Part shown: positions 15,824 through 23,167 of the stretch, piece after piece
Layout: each line of letters starts with the position of its first letter
Numbering within the stretch: the first letter of the stretch is position 1
NCBI RefSeq assembly: GCF_900199515.1
Contig: NZ_LT963434.1
Coordinates: 1,652,180-1,684,179, forward strand
Reading direction: 5' to 3'
Source: Massilicoli timonensis
GTDB lineage: Bacteria > Bacillota_I > Bacilli_A > Erysipelotrichales > Erysipelotrichaceae
DNA: 32,000 bases
The notes under the pieces: generated by a model
What the model saw: only the letters and a program-made list of their open reading frames with translations
Told to the model about the DNA's origin: nothing
Databases searched by the model: none
Position numbers and translations under genes: made by a program

Positions 15824-17488
15824 ATGATGAACGGATACGACTACACAGGCATGGACGCAATTCTGGCGGGCAGCTTCCGGGCGGCCATCTATTGCAGGCT
15901 TTCCAAAGACGATGACCTTGACGGGGAGAGCGCCAGTATTGCCAACCAGCGGGATATGCTGGAAAGCTACTGCGAAAAGCAGGGATGGGAGGTTGTGGCA
16001 GTCTATCAGGATGATGGCTACACGGGGCTGAACATGGAGCGCCCCGACCTGAAACGGATGTTAAAGGCCATCGAGCGCAGGCAGATAAACCTTGTGATAA
16101 CGAAAGATTTATCGAGATTGGGTCGAAATTACTTGCAAACCGGCACACTGATCGAGGACTTCTTCCCCCGTCACGGCGTCCGCTATATCGCCATGAATGA
16201 CGGTATCGACACCATGCGGGACAACAACGACATTGCGCCGTTCAAGAACATCCTGAACGAGATGTACAGCAAGGATATTTCAAAGAAGGTACATTCCTCG
16301 TATCTTCTGAAAGCCCAGCAAGGCCAGTTTACCGGCTGTGTGGCTCCCTTTGGGTATCGGAAAGACCCGGAGGACAAAAACCACCTGTTGGTGGACGAGG
16401 AAACCGCCCCCATTGTCCGGCAAATCTTCCTTTGGGCGCTGGAAGGACACGGCCCCAACTTCATCCGGCGCAGGCTGGAAGAACAGAAAGTGCCTTGCCC
16501 TACATGGTGGAACCGGGAACGGGGCTTCCGCAATGTCCGCACCAAATGGGAAAAGAAAGACCCGGAAAACGGGCGGTATATGTGGGATTTCTCCGTGATA
16601 AAGGACATCCTGATGAATCCCGTTTATACCGGGGCGATAGCTTCCCAAAAGAAGGACTACCGCTTCAAAATCGGCACCATTGGGGAGAAGAAGCCGCAGG
16701 ACTGGATTGTGGTGGAGGAACGGCACGAACCGTTGATTGACAGCAAAAGTTTTGCCATCGTGCAGGACAAGCTAAAATCCCGCCAGCGCCCCCGGCAGGA
16801 CGGGGAAACCAGCCTGTTTGCCGGGCTTATCAAGTGCGGCGAATGTGGTAAGTCGCTGACCATCCGCACCACCCACGCCAAGCACCCGCAGCAGATTTAC
16901 GCCTGTAAGACCTATGGGGCGTTCGGCAAGAACCATTGCACCCAGCACCGGGTGGAGTACGACACCCTTTACCACCTTGTCCTGAACAAAATCCGGGAGT
17001 GCGCCAAGGCTGCCCTGACCGATGGGGAAGCCATTGCCGGGAAGCTGACCAACACCTGCGAAGCCGAACAGAAAGGCCAGCGGGAAGCGTTGGAGCGTTC
17101 CCTGACAAAAGACGAGGAACGGATTGAGGTGCTGGAAAAGATGGTGCTGCGGCTCTATGAGGACATGGTTGCCGGGCGGATCAGCGAAGCCAACTTCAAT
17201 CTCATGCTGGACAAAACGCAGAAAGAACAGGCCGAGTTGAAAGAGCGGGTTGCACAGGGGCGCAAGAAGCTGGCTGATGAAATGCGGCTGGCGATGGACG
17301 CCAAACAATGGGTGGACGCCATTCAGGAATATGCCGACATCACGGAGCTGGACGCAGCCATCCTAAACCGCCTGATTAAAGAAATCGTTGTCCATGAACA
17401 CATCGACAGCGATAAGACACGACACATTTCTATCGAAATTCACTTCAATCTCAAACCCATCCCGGAGGTGGAACAGGTCAAGGGCTGA
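15824..17488 (+). CDS. Large serine recombinase (resolvase/invertase N-terminal domain + recombinase domain + zinc ribbon + coiled coil)
   Basis: AAIYCRLSKDDD carries the catalytic Ser codon at 15902-15904. Further motifs are SIANQRDMLESYC, DLSRLGRNY and the zinc ribbon CGECGKSL..YACKTYGAFGKNHC. The 554-aa product is the last gene before the right junction. Confidence 0.92.
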   Translation: MMNGYDYTGMDAILAGSFRAAIYCRLSKDDDLDGESASIANQRDMLESYCEKQGWEVVAVYQDDGYTGLNMERPDLKRMLKAIERRQINLVITKDLSRLGRNYLQTGTLIEDFFPRHGVRYIAMNDGIDTMRDNNDIAPFKNILNEMYSKDISKKVHSSYLLKAQQGQFTGCVAPFGYRKDPEDKNHLLVDEETAPIVRQIFLWALEGHGPNFIRRRLEEQKVPCPTWWNRERGFRNVRTKWEKKDPENGRYMWDFSVIKDILMNPVYTGAIASQKKDYRFKIGTIGEKKPQDWIVVEERHEPLIDSKSFAIVQDKLKSRQRPRQDGETSLFAGLIKCGECGKSLTIRTTHAKHPQQIYACKTYGAFGKNHCTQHRVEYDTLYHLVLNKIRECAKAALTDGEAIAGKLTNTCEAEQKGQREALERSLTKDEERIEVLEKMVLRLYEDMVAGRISEANFNLMLDKTQKEQAELKERVAQGRKKLADEMRLAMDAKQWVDAIQEYADITELDAAILNRLIKEIVVHEHIDSDKTRHISIEIHFNLKPIPEVEQVKG

Positions 17489-17586
17489 CCTGTCCACGCC
17501 GGAGCGGTTCTAAAACAATTCCATATATTTTTTGACACGCCGCCGCCCGCCATCGAGCAAGGTTTTACTCCTATTTAGGGATAAAA

Positions 17587-17597
17587 CAGCTCATGGC
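17587..17597 (+). repeat. attR core (cagctCatggc) of the nested element
   Basis: Partner of 6022-6032 and in frame with the maff2 3' remnant. Confidence 0.7.
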
Positions 17598-17661
17598 GGG
17601 CGGAGGTATCGCCCTGGTGGGTGCCACGCTGATTCCGCTGCTCTCCGGCCTGTTCGGTTAA
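17587..17661 (+). pseudogene. maff2: maff2 3' fragment (C-terminal transmembrane tail) separated from its 5' part by the nested element
   Basis: Translates as QLMAGGGIALVGATLIPLLSGLFG-stop with no start codon or RBS of its own. It continues exactly where the 5' fragment (..KQLMA) breaks off. Confidence 0.8.
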
Positions 17662-17667
17662 TGACGG

Positions 17668-18531
17668 ATGGGCAGTCTGTTTGAATGGATAACAGACTGG
17701 ATTAAAGAGGGCTTAATTGAAGCGATTACAGGACAATATACCGGTATTTTTGAGTCGGTCAACAACCAGGTTTCGGATGTGGCTTCGCAGGTAGGCCAGA
17801 CGCCGCAGGGGTGGAATGGCGGCGTGTTCAGTATGATCCAGAATCTTTCTGAAACCGTCGTCATTCCCATTGCGGGAATCATCCTGACATTTGTGCTGGT
17901 CTATGAGCTGATTCAGATGATTCTTGAAAAAAACAACATGCACGATTTTGATACCTTCAACATTTTCAAGTGGATTTTCAAGACCTTTGTTGCCACATAT
18001 CTGCTTACCAACTGTTTCACTATCGTTATGGCGGTATTCGATGTCGCCCAAAATGTGGTAAGTCAGAGCGCCGGCGTGATAAACGGAAGTCTGGATGTCA
18101 CCGCTGCGCTGTCTGATCTGGAAACGCAGCTTGAAGCAATGGGAATGTGGGAGCTGATCGGTCTGTGGCTGGAAACCAATATCATTAACCTGTGCATGTG
18201 GGTATTGTCTATTGTAATCTTTGTCATTGTGTATGGCCGTATGATTGAAATATATCTCACGGTCAGCCTGGCACCCATACCGTTTTCCACGATGGCAAAC
18301 CGTGAATGGGGGCAGATGGGAACCAATTACCTGCGTTCCCTGTTTGCTTTAGGTTTTCAGGGCTTTTTGATTCTGGTCTGTGTTGCGATTTACGCGGTGC
18401 TGGTCCAGTCAATCCCTTCTTCCGGCGATATTCACGGAGCAATCTGGGGTACGGCGGGCTATACGGTCCTGCTGGCCTTTGCCCTGTTTAAGACAGGCTC
18501 GCTATCCAAAAGTATATTTAACTCGCATTAG
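17668..18531 (+). CDS. VirB6/TrbL-like polytopic T4SS membrane protein (CD1112-type)
   Basis: 287 aa with about 6 hydrophobic segments. It sits immediately after maff2, as in related Firmicutes ICEs. The family call rests on context and topology. Confidence 0.7.
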   Translation: MGSLFEWITDWIKEGLIEAITGQYTGIFESVNNQVSDVASQVGQTPQGWNGGVFSMIQNLSETVVIPIAGIILTFVLVYELIQMILEKNNMHDFDTFNIFKWIFKTFVATYLLTNCFTIVMAVFDVAQNVVSQSAGVINGSLDVTAALSDLETQLEAMGMWELIGLWLETNIINLCMWVLSIVIFVIVYGRMIEIYLTVSLAPIPFSTMANREWGQMGTNYLRSLFALGFQGFLILVCVAIYAVLVQSIPSSGDIHGAIWGTAGYTVLLAFALFKTGSLSKSIFNSH

Positions 18532-18572
18532 TGCGTAACCAATCTATATTTTCGACAAGGAGGATTTTTCAT

Positions 18573-19025
18573 ATGAGTAAAACCAACAATGAAACCATGC
18601 AGCCGGAGGTACAGGTGCCGGAGGCGTCCGAGGGCCTGAAGCTGGATGTCCGTGTGCGTCCTATCGCGCCGATGGGGAACCTGCTGGCCTTTGCCAATGT
18701 GACAATCGGCGGGTGTTTTAAGATCGACGGCTTCCGTATCTGTTCCGGTGAAAAGGGGCTGTATGTCAATATGCCTTCCACCCAGGACGGGAAAGGGAAC
18801 TGGAAAGATGTGTGCTGGCCTGTAACGGCGGATTTCCGCAGACAGCTCAACGATGCGCTGATTGAAGGGTACGGCCAGGCGATTGAAAATTTGCAGGCCA
18901 CGCTTGAAGCGACCAAAGGCGCCGCGGACAGACCTTCGCTGTCCGGTGCGCTCAAAGAAAATGCCGGGAAAGTGAAAGCTCAGCCGGCGAAAGCCGCACC
19001 TGCAAAAAATGAGCAGGCCCGTTGA
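18573..19025 (+). CDS. SpoVG-family nucleic-acid-binding protein with extra C-terminal tail
   Basis: AAGGAGG precedes ATG 18573. LDVRVRPIAPMGNLLAFANVTIGGCFKIDGFRICSGEKGLYVNMPSTQDGKGNWKDVCWPV is colinear with SpoVG. An extra approx. 50-aa tail contains RPSLSGAL. Confidence 0.8.
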   Translation: MSKTNNETMQPEVQVPEASEGLKLDVRVRPIAPMGNLLAFANVTIGGCFKIDGFRICSGEKGLYVNMPSTQDGKGNWKDVCWPVTADFRRQLNDALIEGYGQAIENLQATLEATKGAADRPSLSGALKENAGKVKAQPAKAAPAKNEQAR

Positions 19026-19582
19026 TGCAGGAGCAGAAAAAATATGGCATCGTGTATGCGGACCCACCCTGGCGTTATGATATGAAACGCGGAAACGGTG
19101 TTGCCGAAAAGCATTATCCCACTATGAGCATTGAGGAAATATGCGCACTGCCGGTTGCAGAACTTGCGGCCAAAGACAGTGCGCTTTTTCTATGGGCTAC
19201 CTTCCCGCAGCTTAACGAGGCGTTCCGTGTGATGGAGGCATGGGGATTTAAGTATAAGACGCTGGCCTTTTTGTGGCTGAAACAGAACCGGAAAGCAGAT
19301 TCCTGGTTTTATGGAATGGGCTTCTGGACGCGGAGCAATGCCGAGGTATGTCTTTTGGCGATACGGGGGCATCCCAAACGCCAGTGTGCGGGAATCCATC
19401 AGTTTGTCATTTCCCACATTGAACAGCACAGCAAGAAACCGGACGAGGTACGGGATAAGATCGTAAAGCTCATGGGCGACCAGCCCAGGGTGGAACTCTT
19501 TGCGAGGCAGCAGACCCCCGGCTGGGATGTATGGGGAAATGAAGTGGAATGTACGGCCATGATGCCGAAACGGAAGGAGTGA
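19025..19582 (+). CDS. MT-A70-family N6-adenine DNA methyltransferase (orphan)
   Basis: The DPPW catalytic motif is at 19061-19072 (YGIVYADPPWRY), followed by FLWAT, GFWTRSNAEVCLLAIRG and HSKKPDEV. The start overlaps the SpoVG-like stop (TGATG). No cognate nuclease gene is nearby. Confidence 0.85.
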   Translation: MQEQKKYGIVYADPPWRYDMKRGNGVAEKHYPTMSIEEICALPVAELAAKDSALFLWATFPQLNEAFRVMEAWGFKYKTLAFLWLKQNRKADSWFYGMGFWTRSNAEVCLLAIRGHPKRQCAGIHQFVISHIEQHSKKPDEVRDKIVKLMGDQPRVELFARQQTPGWDVWGNEVECTAMMPKRKE

Positions 19583-19586
19583 CCGA

Positions 19587-20312
19587 ATGGAACAGGACGC
19601 AAAAAGATTGCTGTTAAAACGGCTGGATGTTTGCCTGAAAGTCCATGCGGATATGCTGGATGCGGATAATATCGGCGCCATTTATGAATTGCAGGACTTG
19701 GCGGAGCTCCATTATTACCTGAAGGTGGAGCATGAATTCACACCTGCGGAGGTGGAGGCGCTTCTGGAATTTCAGGACCCTTTGGATGTGGCGCGCTGGT
19801 GTAAGGAAGATAACACACATACGCACAGCTTTCCAATCTGTGAACTGTTGAAAGAAATCAATGCGTATGAGCGATTCACAAAGGCAGACCCGGTACCGTC
19901 ATTTTCCGATAAGTATGCCGAGCTGATGCGGGCATTGACAAAAAACCTCTACGCCTACCGGGAAGAATTGATGTCCTGTGATAAACAGGCCATACTCGGC
20001 AGGACCGAAGAAACCGCCGCGGTCATGGCTGCTTACCGCTATATGCAGGATATGTGTTCCCCGAATGAGAAAGAGGTGGATTACCTTCTTCGTTATGATA
20101 ATCCGCTGAAACTGATTGCGGATCATTGGCCGGACAGTGCGGTTACTTCCGGGGAGGCGGTTCTTTGCGGCGTGATGGAAGAAATAGATTCACCGCCGGA
20201 GGAACGGGCACAGTCGCTAAAGTCTATCCGGGAACGGCTGCAACATGCGGCCAAAGAGGTAAAAGATCGTCCGGCTTCAGAAAAAGCGAACCGCAGCGCC
20301 GATATACGCTGA
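19587..20312 (+). CDS. Hypothetical ICE protein (possibly DUF3848/3849-like)
   Basis: AAGGAG lies 7 nt upstream of ATG 19587. The ORF is 241 codons. The family call is tentative, from memory of LLEFQDPLDV-type sequences in Clostridial elements. Confidence 0.55.
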   Translation: MEQDAKRLLLKRLDVCLKVHADMLDADNIGAIYELQDLAELHYYLKVEHEFTPAEVEALLEFQDPLDVARWCKEDNTHTHSFPICELLKEINAYERFTKADPVPSFSDKYAELMRALTKNLYAYREELMSCDKQAILGRTEETAAVMAAYRYMQDMCSPNEKEVDYLLRYDNPLKLIADHWPDSAVTSGEAVLCGVMEEIDSPPEERAQSLKSIRERLQHAAKEVKDRPASEKANRSADIR

Positions 20313-20355
20313 CGGTACCGGGATTTTGAGATTACGGTGAATGGAGGTGAATCAG

Positions 20356-20790
20356 ATGCCGTATGTACCCGTACCAAAGGACTTAACAAAAGTCAAGACC
20401 AAGCTGGCCTTCAACCTGACGAAGCGCCAGCTCATTTGTTTCAGTCTGGCCGCATTGGTGGGGCTGCCGGTGTATTTTCTTACCCGCGGCGCTATCGGTA
20501 ATTCCGCGGCGGTCCTTCTTATGATTGGACTTATGATGCCCTTTTTCTTCTTTGCCATGTATGAAAAGGATGGGCAGGCGGCGGAAAAGCTGTTGAAGAA
20601 CCGGCTCCGCTATAAGCTCTGGCCGAAGAACCGGCCTTACCGGACTGAAAATCTTTATAAATCGATTGCCAAAAAGGAGGTATCACAGATTGCCAAAAAC
20701 CAAGCAGCAGGAGGCGCAGGAAAGACGCCTGCAAAGAAATGTAAAGCAGGCCAAAAAGACCCGCGCCGAAGCAAAAAAGGCAGGACGTAA
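20356..20790 (+). CDS. PrgI-family (VirB3-like) small T4SS membrane protein
   Basis: GGAGG lies 8 nt upstream of ATG 20356. MPYVPVPKDLTKVKTKLAFNLTKRQLICFSLAALVGLPVYF plus a second TM is the typical PrgI-like N-terminus. The 3' end overlaps the VirB4-like gene. Confidence 0.75.
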   Translation: MPYVPVPKDLTKVKTKLAFNLTKRQLICFSLAALVGLPVYFLTRGAIGNSAAVLLMIGLMMPFFFFAMYEKDGQAAEKLLKNRLRYKLWPKNRPYRTENLYKSIAKKEVSQIAKNQAAGGAGKTPAKKCKAGQKDPRRSKKGRT

Positions 20791-23167
20791 ATCTGCCTTG
20801 CATGGGAGACCGCCTAAGAAGGGCGGCCTTTTTTCCGGGCTGAAAGCGGATGCCCCGCAGACGGTCCAGCAGAGTATTCCTTATAAGGAGATGTACCGGG
20901 ACGGTATCTGCCGGTTGAGCGGTAATTTTTATACCAAGACGGTACAGTTCTTTGACATTAACTATCAGCTTGCACAGGCGGATGATAAGGCACAGATATT
21001 TGAGGGATATTGTGATTTCCTCAATTACTTTGACGCTTCCATTCATGTGCAGCTTACTTTTATCAACCAGCGGGCAAATATGCAGGATTTCGCCCGCAGC
21101 ATCGATATTCCCATCCGCGGCGATGAATACGATGGGATTCGCCGGGAATATGGGGATATGCTCAAAAGCCAGTTGCAGAAGGGAAACAACGGCCTTACCA
21201 AACGCAAATATATCACCTTTGGAATTGAGGCGGACGATCTTCGAACTGCAAAAATGCGTCTGGAACGGATTGAGACCGATGTGCTGGCAAACTTCAAGAC
21301 TTTGGGTGTCCAGGCAAGGCCGTTAAATGGCCTGGAACGTCTGGAGCTGCTTCACAGCCAGCTTCACCCGGACGGCCAGGAGAAGTTCCATTTTGAATGG
21401 AGCGACCTGCCGAAAACCGGGCTTTCCACGAAGGACTATATCGCTCCTTCCGGGCTGTCATTTTCCAATGATGGAAAGACTTTCCGGGTGGGCGACCACT
21501 CCGGGGCGGTTTCCTTCTTGCAGATTTTAGCCCCGGAGCTGACGGACCGGCTGCTGGCGGACCTTCTGGATTTGAATGACGCGGTAACGGTAAACCTTCA
21601 TATCCAGTCCATCGACCAGGCAGAGGCAATCCGCAATATCAAACGCAAGATGTCCGATTTGCAGAAAATGACGATTGAGGAACAAAAGAAAGCGGTCCGC
21701 TCCGGCTATGACATGGACATCATACCAACGGACCTTGCCACTTACGGCGAAGAAGCAAAGAATCTTTTGCAGGACTTACAGAGCAGAAACGAGAGGATGT
21801 TCCTTGTGACGGTTCTGGTGGAGAATATCGCTTTCAAGCGTCAAAAGCTGTTCAATGACATTTTTGCGGCTTCCGGTGTGGCGCAGAAATATAACTGTGC
21901 TTTAAAACGCCTGGATTACCAACAGGAACAGGGGCTTATGTCCTCCCTCGCCCTGGGCCGGAATCAGATTGAGATTGAGCGGGGGCTTACGACCAGCAGC
22001 ACGGCAATCTTTGTACCGTTTACTACCTGTGAGCTGTTTCAGGAAGGCGAAGCCCTGTATTATGGGCTGAACGCTTTAAGTAACAACCTGATTATGGCAA
22101 ACCGTAAGACGCTGAAAAATCCCAACGGCCTATTCCTGGGAACGCCGGGCAGCGGTAAATCATTCTCCGCAAAGCGTGAGATTGTCAACGTATTCCTTCT
22201 GACGGAGGACGACATTATCATAGCGGACCCGGAAAATGAGTACGGGCCGCTGGTACAGCAGTTTGGCGCCCAGGGGCAGGTCATTGATATTTCCCCGACT
22301 TCCACCAACTACATCAATCCGATGGATATTAACCTGGACTATTCGGATGACGAGAACCCGATCACGCTGAAAAGTGATTTTCTCCTGTCGCTGTGTGACC
22401 TTATCATTGGCGGTAAGGAGGGGCTTTCCCCGATTGAGCGCACGATCATTGACCGCTGTACCCGTCTGGTCTACCGGGATTATTTGCAGGACCCTTGCCC
22501 GGAGAAGATGCCGATACTTGGCGACTTGTACGAGCTGCTTTTGAAACAGTCCGAGCCGGAGGCGCAGAATATCGCAACGGCGCTGGAAATTTACGTCAAC
22601 GGTTCCCTGAATGTATTTAACCATCGTTCCAACATTGATATGAATAACCACCGGGTCCTTTGTTTCCAGTTGAAGTCTCTTGGCAAGGCGCTGAAAGAGA
22701 TTGGCCTTTTGATTATGCAGGACGCGGTGTGGAACCGCGTTACCGCCAATCGCTCCAAACATAAGACAACATGGTTCTATATCGACGAATTCCACCTTCT
22801 TTTGAAGGGGCAGACGGGAAGTTTCAGTGTTGAGATTTGGAAACGGTTCCGAAAATGGGGCGGCATACCGAGCGGTCTGACGCAGAATGTAAAGGATCTG
22901 CTGGCCTCCCGTGAGATTGAGAATATTTTTGAAAACTCAGACTTTATCTACATGCTGAACCAGGCGCAGGGAGACCGGCAGATTTTGGCGAAACAGTTGG
23001 GGATTTCCCCGCACCAGCTTTCTTATGTGACCCATTCAGGACCCGGCGAAGGGCTTTTGTTCTTTGGAAATGTGATTATTCCATTTGTCGATCACTTCCC
23101 GAAAGACACCCTGCTGTACAGCGTACTTACCACGCGCCCGGATGAAGTTGCGGAGACCGGTGCATGA
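20690..23167 (+). CDS. VirB4-like T4SS ATPase (PrgJ/TcpF-type)
   Basis: AAAGGAGG at 20672-20679, then TTG 20690 (MPKTKQQE). Motifs are SIPYKEMYRDGIC and DINYQLA, Walker A LGTPGSGKSFSAKRE (about 22138-22180) and Walker B WFYIDEFHLL. Confidence 0.92.
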   Translation: MPKTKQQEAQERRLQRNVKQAKKTRAEAKKAGRKSALHGRPPKKGGLFSGLKADAPQTVQQSIPYKEMYRDGICRLSGNFYTKTVQFFDINYQLAQADDKAQIFEGYCDFLNYFDASIHVQLTFINQRANMQDFARSIDIPIRGDEYDGIRREYGDMLKSQLQKGNNGLTKRKYITFGIEADDLRTAKMRLERIETDVLANFKTLGVQARPLNGLERLELLHSQLHPDGQEKFHFEWSDLPKTGLSTKDYIAPSGLSFSNDGKTFRVGDHSGAVSFLQILAPELTDRLLADLLDLNDAVTVNLHIQSIDQAEAIRNIKRKMSDLQKMTIEEQKKAVRSGYDMDIIPTDLATYGEEAKNLLQDLQSRNERMFLVTVLVENIAFKRQKLFNDIFAASGVAQKYNCALKRLDYQQEQGLMSSLALGRNQIEIERGLTTSSTAIFVPFTTCELFQEGEALYYGLNALSNNLIMANRKTLKNPNGLFLGTPGSGKSFSAKREIVNVFLLTEDDIIIADPENEYGPLVQQFGAQGQVIDISPTSTNYINPMDINLDYSDDENPITLKSDFLLSLCDLIIGGKEGLSPIERTIIDRCTRLVYRDYLQDPCPEKMPILGDLYELLLKQSEPEAQNIATALEIYVNGSLNVFNHRSNIDMNNHRVLCFQLKSLGKALKEIGLLIMQDAVWNRVTANRSKHKTTWFYIDEFHLLLKGQTGSFSVEIWKRFRKWGGIPSGLTQNVKDLLASREIENIFENSDFIYMLNQAQGDRQILAKQLGISPHQLSYVTHSGPGEGLLFFGNVIIPFVDHFPKDTLLYSVLTTRPDEVAETGA

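Larger units (their letters stand above)
6033..17597 (+). mobile_element. Nested integrative mobilizable element (about 11.6 kb) with serine recombinase, MobA/MobL relaxase, primase/VirE replication module and resistance cargo, inserted in maff2
   Basis: It is flanked by the two halves of one maff2 ORF and by the 11-bp core repeat. The large serine recombinase is the last gene before the right junction. It has its own relaxase but no T4SS or coupling protein genes. Boundaries are ambiguous within the 11-bp core. Confidence 0.8.
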
